A DNA stretch of 64,000 nt from assembly GCA_016748015.1 (NCBI GenBank), contig JAAOMT010000752.1, positions 70,976-134,975 on the forward strand, written 5' to 3'. Position numbers and translations under genes: made by a program. Positions 52,601 through 64,000 of this stretch are shown one piece after another (positions within the stretch are counted from its first letter, which is position 1; every line of letters starts with the position of its first letter). This stretch comes from Geosiphon pyriformis uo1. Its lineage: Eukaryota; Fungi; Glomeromycota. The notes below the pieces were generated by a model. That model was not told the DNA's origin. It searched no databases and was given only the letters and a program-made list of their open reading frames with translations.

Positions 52601-52799
52601 ATAATTAATTTTGTATATATATATGTATAATTTTAATAATTTTTTTAAAAAATTTATAAATTACAAAATTTTAATTGAAAATATATTATAATTATATTAT
52701 TATTTATTTTTTTAATTTATTTATATATATATATATTAAATTTAATTTGTTTTAACAAATTATGATTTAATTATTACTTATTTTTATAATATATATATA

Positions 52800-53990
52800 T
52801 CTATATATTATAAATAAGATCCAAATATTACTTAATACTATATATCCAATTAAATAGTCTAAACTAGATACAAATCACATATTTTTTACATGTAACTAAT
52901 TATTTAAACTGATTAAAACAATATTACACTTTTATATTAACTAGAACATTATAATTTATATTAGAAAAAAATGAACAGAGTTTATATAAATCATTAAAAA
53001 TGCCTATTGCCTTAATCATAATAAGCAATCTTACTATATTAGCTAAAAACAAAGACAACAAATTATTAATTAAACCATTTTTTCTATAATTGCTTTAAAT
53101 TTAAATTTAATTAATCATATTTTATTATGATAAACTATAAATAAAAATAACAAATTTATTAATATCAATATTAATATTATTAAATATAAACAAAACTTTA
53201 TAATATTATTAAATATACATAAAAACAACAGTCATAAAACACATAATAATAATATATATATTTTTATTAATAATACTTATTATATATTATGTAAAATAAA
53301 TAAATTTTTATTAGTATTAAAATCTAATTTATATATAAAAACATAATTTGATATTTTAATTTTATTATAATAAAAATATATAATATTAAAATAGTTTTGT
53401 AAATATTCTAAATATAATATTAAGTATTTTCAAAAAAATTTATTTTATCAATTATAATATATATTTTTATAAACACTAATAAGAAGTAATTACATTAAAA
53501 AAAAAGTTAAACTTATAAGCTTATTAGTTTTTTTATTGTTTAATATATTTAAATAGTCTTTAATCTTAGATTATATAATATTAAAATTTTTATTTTTAAT
53601 AATATTTAAAATACAATGTTTTTTAAGTTAAAAGTAATTGCAAAAATTCAAGATTATTAAATTAAATTCAGATAAGTATGTATTAAAAATAACTTAACTA
53701 TTTAAGTTTATTACAATAATATTAAAAATTAAAATAATTATCTATAATATAGTCAATATTAAAAAAATTAATCTATCTATTTTAATACTAATTTTTAAAT
53801 TAAATTTAATAAAAAACACAATTGTATTATATTTTATTTTCAATATACTTAGATTTTTCAATAAATTATCTGTATAAATATTAATAATATTCAAATTAAT
53901 CTTAAATAAACTCTTTCTTATTATTAAAAAATTATTAAAATTATAAATATTAGTTTTATGAAATTTATTATTTAATAATAAATTAAATAA
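52800..53990 (-). mobile_element. Extremely decayed LINE 3' fragment
   Basis: 52810-52930 matches the LINE 3' ends at 45650 and 55120. The remainder is nearly pure AT with traces of ORF2. Confidence 0.65.
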
Positions 53991-54029
53991 AATAGGCTTT
54001 TTTTTTGTTGATTTTTGGTCATAATAAAA

Positions 54030-55101
54030 ACATAAAGTTGCTAAAGAAATAGCTTTTCTTATTTTTTTTTATTTTCCTTTAATTATTTCTTTTAATACAC
54101 TTTTTTTTGTTGCTATAGAACCAATAAACTTGTTTGCTAATAGATTTAGTTTTGGTTCAACTGGTTTGGGAACCTATTCTAATGCAAAAAAATGTGTAAA
54201 AAATATTTACTCTTGTAAAAAATCTTATAAAAAGCCAAAAAAATCTAAAATTAATAGTAGTATTGTTAACTTATTTATTAACTTTTTAAGTTTTGAAAAT
54301 TTTGGAAATTCTAGTATTATATTTGTAATTTCTTAGAGAAATAAAGTTAATAATATAGCAAATAATATTAGTAGTTTTTTAAATGTACAAAATATAAGAA
54401 ACATGATTATAAAAAAACCAATTATGCAAATTTAAACACTTTTATAGGCAATAAAAATATAGACAAAATCACACTGAAAAAGACTTGTACTTAAATATAC
54501 ATGTTGAGTTATCTACTAATAGCACTTTTATTTAATAATTTGAGTAATAATAATAATGTTTTGATGCTTCTATTTTCTAAGTTTGCTGGCTTTAAGCAAT
54601 TGTTATTGATTAGATTATATGTTTTGAAAAAATGAAATTTTGATGTTGTAAAATTTTTTGTATTAGATATTAAATTGTCTGTTGTACTTGAAAAAACTTC
54701 TGGTAATAAGTTAATAACTGTGAAAAAAATATTTTATTGTGCTGACAGTTTTGAAAAAGCATTCATTTTCTCAAAATTTCTAAGTATTAAGTTATTTTTT
54801 ATATTAAAATTGAGTTTAAAAAAACTAAAAAGATGGCTATTAATAAAAAAATTTTGGTTAATAATAATATTAAAAAGATAAACAGTCATATAAATTAAGA
54901 AGTAATTGTCAAGAAAATTCCAGTAAATTTTTCCAAATCAGTTATAAAGTCAGTTTTTTCTAAGTTTGATAAGATTATGTCAATCAAAATACAACTTATT
55001 AGTCTTTGGCAAAAAACTCTAATTGAGTTTGAATTATCTAAAGTCACTGGTTTAATTGCAGTTAAATAGTTAGTACTTAAAAAAAAAAATTTTGTACATA
55101 T
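54030..55101 (+). mobile_element. Older plus-strand LINE, 5' part of ORF1, interrupted by the LINE at 55102
   Basis: KFFVLDIKLSVV...KKIFY...VIVKKIPVN...SVFSKF...IKIQLISLWQK parallels ORF1 of the other LINEs (FALDIN...KKIFS...VIKEIPIN...KFGEIKSIKIQLIEMWQK). Confidence 0.8.
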
Positions 55102-58100
55102 TTTTTTTATTTTTTTTATTTTAACGAATGAAGTTCAAACACTACCTAATGCTATACATCAAAAAAATAATCTAAATTAGGCATGAATTATGTACTTTTT
55201 ACATATGACCAGCCACTCGGGTCAGTCAGAACAACACTACACAGCTATGTGAACTGAAACTGCATTACAAACACCTGAAAAAAACAAATACTGCCTGCGA
55301 AAACCAAAACAAACACCAAAAGTCTCAACAACACCCAACAAATCAACTACATTAGCAAAAAACCTTGATGACAAACCAGGCACCAAAATGGGAGCCGAAC
55401 TGCCCAAAGGAATCAACCTATGTTTTTCCATGTATGCATGAACCAACCAGATATTATCTCTGAAGATAAGACCCAGAGAATATGTGAAATCCACAATCTT
55501 AAAACTGGCCACTCTGGGGTCACGAAAAACATTGACAGCCTCATAAAACCAATCATTAAAAACAAAATCCTTGTGAAGAGCCATTGACAATGAGGAACCA
55601 AAAATACAGGATGACAAAAGTTGCAATATATCCGAAGAAGCAGGAGATAAGCCAGAAAGAGCTTTCCAAGAACTCACATGGGACTTCAATAACTGTTGCT
55701 GAGCAGAATCATCAATCTTACAGGAAAACACATGATCTGAAACCTCTACATTGCCACAATACAAACACACTACACTAGGGTAAAGTTTATTATAAAGGCA
55801 CATCCGAACAGCCACCAGCAGCCAATAATACAAAGCCTTCATAAAATAAGTTCGAACATTAACTGAGACTCTGCTGGTAAACCCAGTGGCCATATGCAAA
55901 TCTGGATGCCACACCAGAGAAGATCGCGACCAATCAATCTCAGAAACCAAATCATCCACCAAAAATCTTGAACCCGAACCAATCTCCCAATGTGCACAGC
56001 AAATGAAATGAAAAATATCATAAACAAAATGCCTAGAATTGCCAGAAACTGCACCGTCATCAGCCACCAAAAAGTGCTCATCCAAGCGAGAAAGAAGAAA
56101 CCAATTAGAAATAAAATCAGAACCAGCAATCTCATCAGCATGCTCATTTTCCTCCACACCTGAGTGATTTTTAACCTTGTGCCAGCCAACTCTCAAATTT
56201 CTCTTATGAACAATATTAGCAATGTGCTGATTGCGAAAGTCAGGACTTAACAAATTTAACTCAGACTTGCACGCATCCAAGGCAGACTGACTATCTGAAA
56301 ACAGGTGAACAGAACTGGAATGGGGGATGCACTCTAGAGCCAAAGCGATAGCTTGCAATTCTGCCAAGGTGGATAACATCAAATCCGAAACACCAACACC
56401 CAAGCCCAGATTAATGTCTTCAAAATAGACAGCAGTACCAGCTCTGCAGCCAACTGTTCCCAGATTCTTCAGAAACCTGTTTGTGCAGACAGACAAACAA
56501 CCAGTATTAACACATGAAAGATGATCACAAATAAAAAAAAATACACTAGAATCAAAAATACTCAAAAAACCAACTATATCCAAAACTGATGGGAAAGCAG
56601 AAGAGAGAGTTACATTGTTGAGATACACAGTAGAAAGCTTAAACCAATTCGGGGCTGGGCCATGGGGATCTAATTTCTTCCACCATTTGAATGTAAACCA
56701 ACTAAAAATAGAACCATAATGATCATGGAGTTGATCAACAAAAGCTATATCATAATGCCGAAGAGAAAAAAAAAACCTAGAAAACCTTAATTCACTCAGA
56801 ACATCTGACATGGGCACCCCATCAATGAAATGAAATGCACTAACAAAAGAGCCATCCAGGGACAATTTACAATTAAAAAAAATGCGAGCCACACCTGCCA
56901 GAAAGTTATTGGAAGCACTGATGCGAATACGAACAGGAGAACACAACAGGTGAATAGGGTGCCAACACAAAACTTGTAAATCATGAAACCTGTAAGAAAA
57001 TAAGTGACCCAAAACACCACCAGAATTCGCAAAACTGATAAAAGAGGCTACTTTGTTTTCTGACTGAATTTGCAAAAAGGACTTCAGACCATAAAAAAAG
57101 GGGTGATGAATCATATCACCAGGAAAATTGAGTGGCAGACCTGACTTAAGCTTTAAACCCTTATGAATTATGACATCCTATTTGTTGCACACACCAACCG
57201 GAACGGAGCTAAACTGGGTCCTATAATCAACAATGGGGTAAAGTACTGTCAAAACCAAATATAAGAATTGTTTATCAGAGACAGCTTTCCTCAGAACCAG
57301 ATTGGTGAAAAACTGAATATCTGAATGTGCTTTGGCCAAACTAGGCCTTGAGAGGCCCTTTGTTGAAAGAAAAATACCCAAATAACAATAAGACTCGCCC
57401 TTTCTAGCAATAGTAATGAGTGCACCACTGATGGAAAGAGAAGAAACACTAACTTTGCTATTAATAGGGATGGCCATTGTCTTGTTATTGTTAATCAAAA
57501 TGTCATTAATATGAAAAAACTTACTAGCAATATTGAGAATATGTTGAGTGGCACTTTGACTGCTGCTGACCCAAATAGTATTATTGACAAATGCGCCAGC
57601 AGCAAAAAAAGTAGAAAGTCCAGTCTGAGACTCAGCATGACCACACCTGGAAACAAAATGAGAGTTGAACCTATAACCATATACATTCTTCTGCTGTTTG
57701 ACTTCACACAAGAGAGGATCATAAAATATGTGCCACAAAAGAGGAGAAAAGACCTCTTCTTAGTCCAAACTATTATGCACATGATAACCACTTGTTAGCC
57801 CAAAATCTGTCATAACTCGATTGGTGCGATTTTGATAAATGTCACCAAAAAACTGAATGAACTTGTCACACATTTTAATCCTAACCAAACATTTTCTAAG
57901 ATGCTCCCAACCAACCAAGTCATATGTTTTCTGCATGTTTTGTAAAACAAGTCATAACTTATGGTCTTTTTCCAGAGCATTCTCAACAATAGAACCAATA
58001 GCAAAAATGAGAGATTGGGTAGTTGTATCCTTCAAAACTGAGAAGTTGTTACCATAAAGAATGTTAAATGTGTTACATGCCAAAGAAATCCTATCAGAAA

Positions 58101-61100
58101 GAATCTTGGAAAGAATCTTACAAGCTGTCTCGATCAAAGCAATAGGATGAGTGTTCATCAGCACACTTTCGCACTCATATGGCTTGGGAATCATTGAAAC
58201 CCAAGCCTCTCTCCAAGAACCAAGTACCAATTCACATGACAAACAAGAATTCAAGAGAACTAAAAGCATATCTAAAACAGATCTATCACAATGCTTCCAA
58301 AGTTCATTTGAAATACCAGAAAAGCCAGTGGCTTTGCCATCAGACAGACCAAAAACCACCCCAAACAACTCATCAAAACTAATTGAACTTATCACACCAA
58401 AAAAAGCTTCATTAAAAACATAATCCAGGGGCTGATATTGACAATACCAATCACTAGAGACATTAGCAACCACCTAACAGGAGTGAGTTCAACCTTCTAT
58501 AATCTCATCCACCTTAGACTTCACAGGATTGGGTTCCAAAATCAGTTCATCGCCCACCACTAAGTGGTCCAAAACCACTTTGCGGAAAGGATGCTTTAAA
58601 ACACTCCAAATAATATGACCCTTGTCCAACACAAAGCTCTTCATTCTTTTGTCAATTGCTGACCTGATCTGAGATTCTTTAGTGTGGATTAATTCTGATA
58701 ATTTGGACGAATGGTAAGCTTTTCTGATCCTGGCCAAAGCCAATTGAATGGTGTTAAAATGGAAACCCAAGAGAAAAAGAAACTTAACAACAGAGGCATT
58801 AGCCGGATCAACCCCACAAATCAAGTAGGGAGACAAACTTCTCATGAGATACTAGACACAATGCCTTAACAATCCTTGACACCAAAAGTTCTAGTTTATG
58901 AAATCTAGAGGATGGCTCATTAAAGACATTGTTGTAACCCTTAAACCATTTTTTCCTGAAAACACCCTCGGCTGACAAACACATCACTTGACAAAGAGTG
59001 TTTTACATTGAATCCAGATCCAAACCTTCTGAAGCAACACAGAACTTATCATGAAACATGGCAGCATTTGCCACTGTATCTTCTTTGAACTTGACCCACT
59101 TAGTCTCATCAGCACTCTTAAAATTGTATTTCCAATAATTCCTATTCATCTGTTTGTGCAATGAGTTCAGACACATGTCCAGGAGGCCACCAAGACCCAC
59201 AGAAACAGAGACAGTATTATGATTGGTGTTAAAGTACTCATCAACAACAGACACATCATGATTTACTACCACATTGACCAAATTTGATGAGACAAACAAG
59301 TAATCAATAGTCTTGGTAATACCCTGAGAATTGCTCCACATTGCTGCCTTCGCAAATGAACTCCCACCCAAAGAATTGACCAAGCCCAAATCGAAACATT
59401 TTTTAAAGCTAACACTTTTATGAGAACCATCTTCATTGAAATCGCCATCCAAGATGATGAAAGAAGACTCATTAATAGCCTTTGCAATCATAGAATTAAC
59501 ATTGCTTGCCTAAGAAAAACATATCTCCAGAAATGCCCCAGCATACAGCCCCATGATCGACACAAAAAGTTTGTTTTCAAAGAGCAACTTGATAGAAAGA
59601 AGCCAGCCAGGAATGTCCAAAATCTTACACACATGCCGAGCCAAAGAATTGTTCATAATTATCACTACACTAGAACCCAAATGACCAACATCCAAACCCG
59701 AAGTGAAAACTCTGACACCATCAAACTTGTTCATAATCCATGAACAGATCTTACCTTTCAGCTTAGTCTTAGTGACAATCGAAATCAGATTGTCTATTTC
59801 CTTATGCCAATGAATAATATCCAATTGTTTAGCAGGATTGTTCAACCCACGAACATTACATGTAGCAATTTTCCAAACTAAACCACTCATTGAGAAGGGG
59901 GTTGTAAATTTGCACCACCAACTAGCACCAAACTATCAAAGCGAGCAAACAAGATTAATACAGATTTAGAAAGGCCTTCCAACATATTCTCCAATTTGAT
60001 GACATGGAGGGATGCCAACAAATCTGAAGCCATAATAGTCTCACCACTAGTGGCTTCATTCGAGTCCACTCCTATTACTATATCCTTCCCTTGATTCTGT
60101 GATGGGGGGGTCACCAGCAGCTGATGTCTAAGGCAAGGCTGGAGAACCACCAGCACAAGTGAATCTAACCTCTTAGCCAACTCACTGATTTGTTCTGCGA
60201 GGCTGATGAGACTGCTTTCAATACTATTTAGTTATTTATCCAAAACACCATCAATGTGAAGGAAAGGTTTACCATTATCAGTGGAACCAAGAGTAAATGG
60301 ATTACTAGAAAGAACAATGAGGGGAGGTGTGCCAACCACAAACACCCAAGATTTACCACCAAAAGCCAAAGACTGGGAAATAGGGGCAGATTTCTTCTCA
60401 TAAATTTTCACCAACCTAAACCTATCCTGAGCTGAGAGAGGAGCCCTCTTGCTTTTAGGACTAGGAAACACAGCAGCTGACCTACAAACCAAAAGTGAGT
60501 GACCCAAAGAATTGCAAGCAAAATATAAAGAGGTGACCAAATGCAACCAGCAGAGACCAACCCTTTTTATAACTGGGGTGTTAGCCATGGCCCAATTCAT
60601 GTCAATTTTAGAACCAAAACACACAGTGGCACAGCATGCACGATTGTAGTTGATAGAATTGTGGTCGATTATGCACGTTTTCCCACCCACAGAGCCAATG
60701 AAATCTCATAGATCATGAACTGTTGTTTCCACAAAGAGAGTGTAGAGCAATGCCCTAAATTTATTCCTATTATCCTACGTTTGTTTATCAATGTTTGCCC
60801 TGGTCACACAAACTGCATCTTTACCAATAAAGATAAACAACTTAGCAGCCAATAGATCAGCTTAATTTTGATCTTCCAATTCAACAATCGTCTTTTGCCA
60901 CAAACTGACTAGTTACATTTTGATCATCTTAATCTTTCCAAACTCAGACACAGCTGCATGCACAACCTCAATAGAAGTTTCCACAGGAATTTTTTTTAAC
61001 ACAATTGCCCAATTCGTATAGTTGTTTACAAGGTGCTTGAGATCGGTGTTTACCACAACACCACGATCATTTGCCAACTTCCCAGCAGCCATCATTGCTT

Positions 61101-63257
61101 TTTCTGAAGTGAAAGTTACATGAATAATTCTACCAAATTTTGAGGAAGTAGAAACCCCCCCAAAACCATTCACACTTGAAAAAATTTTCTTGATAAAACT
61201 CAATTTTTCTTGAGAGGACTTCCCAGTGATGGCCACAAAATCAATATTTAAAGCAAAGGATTTGCGAACAAGCACTTAAATAGTCAGTTTGATAAGTAGA
61301 GAGGGCAGAAGAAGAAAGGAATTGTCTAATACATTATCATCTGTATTGACAGTACCATAATCAATCACACTATTACCAGGTGAAAGCTATGGATTTGTAA
61401 CTTCTTAGCAATGACAATAGCTTTTACCTGGAACACACACATTACCATGATTATGCTACTGACTATAACATATCATGGGTGTATGGACTATTTCAGTGAA
61501 TGGAAGAGCAGAAAGGGGTATGTGATAAAGTTATTAAAAGTGAAAGAAAGTATTGTCATTATTATTTGTTTTTGGGCAAAAACCAGTCTTAGGTATTTTT
61601 AAAGAGAAAAAAGAAATCACATCTCTTTATATGTATCAAAAGCACAACCAGCAACAAGAAGTGAAACCAACTACTCAAATAAATATGTAACCAGAATTCT
61701 TTCAATTAGTCGTCAAAAGAGTGTGGTGTTCAAATGCCTGTTTTGAAAACGAAGTTATAGAAATTATAAAAGGAATTATGAAAGTCAAATATAACTGAAA
61801 TAAATTTTGCTTAAACTTTTTATTGTTAAGACCACTCTCTAACAATGTGATCCTTTATTACCTATTTTTATATTTAACAACTTGTTTGGTGAAACAAGAC
61901 TTAATGTAAAATAATGATAACACATGATTTGAAAGATTGGAAGTAATAAAACAACTTAAAATAGTGATAACAAGTAAGTAAAAGATTATAAACAATGTGA
62001 TTCCAAATGGTGATAAGGAATATGGGAAAACATACTTGAGATTGTGATAACAAGTATTTAGAGCATAGAAAGAGAAGAGAGAATGTAAAGAGTAGAGGAA
62101 AGGATGAACTGCTCACTATAAAACTATAGCGAAGAGTTGGCTCAGTATTGAACTGATACTTTCCTGAACTGACAGAGAGGCTGTATATATAGCTAAATTA
62201 CATCAGATCTACATACTATATTAGAACTATTTAAAATACATCAATTATTTATATACATTTAATTAATCAATTTATAATGAGCTTACTCAACATGTTATTT
62301 TCTCAGAGCTAGTGATTTTTAGATGATCAGATTTAGATAGCTGAATCTAGAACATTAATTGTCAATCAATGATACCAATTGTGATTATGATCAACATAAT
62401 CAGAAGTAGATCAATTGATTACATTTCTTGATAACTACTTTTAATCATTGATTGCAGATCTGGAATGTTAGATTGTTCTAATAAGGACATATAAGAATTT
62501 TGAAGCATAACAAAATCTGTTGTTATCTGATTACATGCATCAATCATTCATTTCCATTGGTGTTTCTTAGTTTGCCAAAATTTCTTTATATCCAACTTAG
62601 TTAAACTGTTGGATTGTGCCATATTTCTTTGTTGTAATTAGATTAATTGTTAATTATTTATTTCCAGATTGCCAGCTGATTTTGTTAATTAAGTGAGATA
62701 ATGTAGGCTTTTTTCGCATAATTTTGATGTTAATTTCCATTGTATGTGTTGTAATTTTTGTATTGAAAAGTGTGAAAATCTTCTGGTAACAACACCTTGA
62801 GGCTTCCCTAACACTTTTTTGGTTTTTATACACAAACCTTTTGGCATTTGATTAGGATCCTCTTCCACAAAAGCACCACTTTCACCATAGTCAACACTGG
62901 TTTCTTTAACCAAGCACTCCTCCTCTATGTCAATACTCTCAGACTCAGTAGTGTTATCTGTCTCTGAACTCCATGAATGAGCACCAAGAGCTTCAGTAGC
63001 AACCCCTTTATTATAAATATTCTCTGCCAATACACCTCCTTTCCTTTTCTTCCTCGATGCAACCACCTTGAAACCACCCTTAGAACCAGAAACTTTAATA
63101 GTCTTCTTCATAACAGCAATAACAGGACCAACAGTGGCCTCATAATTGAAGAACAGTTTTGATTTATCATACTAAATAGTAAAAAACTTCTTTCGAAAAA
63201 AACTTTTGATTCTTTTTTGGGAATTTTGAACGAAGGAGAGAAAGAAGTTTATAACTT
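55102..63257 (-). mobile_element. Full-length inactivated LINE (ORF1 + APE-RT-RNase H ORF2) with 12-bp TSD
   Basis: TSD TTTTGTACATAT at 55090-55101 and 63258-63269. An A-rich tail lies at 55102-55122. ORF1 starts MKKT at 63111 and has a decayed CCHC knuckle (YFACNSLGHSLLVC). ORF2 starts MSGLVWKIATCNVRGLN at 59890 and includes GDFN, TIDY, HPIALIE, AFVNNT, AELQAI, LFSDSQ and KVKNHSGVEENEHAD. Confidence 0.95.
61371..62791. mobile_element. 1421-bp non-coding insertion, most likely a solo LTR, within LINE ORF1
   Basis: Termini TATTACCAG...CTGGTAACA (9-bp inverted repeat, one mismatch). 4-bp TSD ACAC at 61367-61370 and 62792-62795. Removing the insertion restores ORF1 ...KVLGKPQGVIDYGTV. Confidence 0.85.
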
Positions 63258-64000
63258 TTTTGTACATATAACACTGACTATTAATAATAAATAAATATAA
63301 ATAACCAAAAATTGTTATTAGACTTTGCTTTATACTTTATTAGTTAGAATAAATACATATAATTTTTCTAATCTATTAATATCTTATGAAAAAAAAACTT
63401 ATTCTATTGGCTATAATTTAAGTTTTTATATATGTAACAAATATATTGTAATTTGTTTTGCTAATAAGACATTTAAAAAAGCTGTTGTTAATTCTATTCT
63501 AGTTTTTAAGAATATAAATTTATATTGGGCTGGTTTTTCTTTGGCCTATTGTATTTAGTATAAATAATTAGATCATGTTTCTGATATATGTTCAGTGAAT
63601 AAGAATCTAGATAGTCATAGTAAAAAAATAGTCAATTTTCAAAATCAGATTTGTTTAACAAATATATATATATAAAAATAGACACTAATTGCTTATCCAG
63701 TTTTATTTAATAAAAAAACTTAGGTTCAAATTGATAATGAATCTATATTTTATTTGATATTTTCAGTTTCTTTTGGCATTAATTTATCTTTGAATGTTAA
63801 ATTTTTTCTGCTGGTTTTTCTGAAAGTAAATAACAGATTTTTTGCTCTTAAATACAGTTTTATTAATTTTATAAAATAAGTCAATAATCTGGCTAAGAGA
63901 TTAGATGAACTTGGATTAATAATTTTCTAATTTAGTTTTGGATATTAGCCATTGGTGATTTTTTTATTACAGAATTAAGAAGCAAATATAGTAATAAATA
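63258..64000 (+). mobile_element. Continuation of the older plus-strand LINE ORF1
   Basis: The reading resumes after the TSD (VHITLTIN...LLYTLLVR...YIVICF) and includes a decayed CCHC knuckle near 63550-63590. Confidence 0.8.

Noticed and set aside
45605-52625. TSD for the 45.6-52.6 kb LINE
   Set aside because: Both flanks are low-complexity AT, and no unambiguous duplication could be identified.

Overview
Eukaryotic, intron-containing, very AT-rich DNA from an early-diverging fungus. The gene structure and TE families look Glomeromycotina-like; the TE proteins resemble, from memory and unverified, those of Geosiphon pyriformis. The window has three blocks. (1) 1-~19,900 is a nest of decayed transposons: a near-complete minus-strand Ty3/Gypsy element (gag-PR-Cys-rich insert-dUTPase-RT-RNase H-integrase) inserted into a second copy of its family, a third Gypsy (LTR+gag), a hAT transposase remnant, and a LINE carrying a solo LTR. 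(2) ~20,500-45,100 is a CpG-retaining host island with four genes followed by ~12 kb of gene-poor, microsatellite-rich DNA that includes an 882-N gap. The genes are a 7-exon CENP-B/Tc5 DNA-binding-domain::isochorismatase-fold fusion, Ric8/synembryn, a CFIm68/CPSF6-like RRM protein, and a PP1 glycogen-targeting CBM21 subunit. (3) ~45,630-64,000 is a nest of RNase H-bearing LINEs, one full length with a 12-bp TSD and an internal solo LTR. All TEs show strong C:G->T:A decay. The best candidates for new biology are the transposase-derived DNA-binding domain fused to a hydrolase fold lacking the catalytic Cys (possible one-component metabolite-sensing regulator) and a UGUA-loop hairpin in a long intron of the CFIm68-like gene (possible autoregulation). 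Gene models and decayed-protein readings were made by eye; no searches were run.
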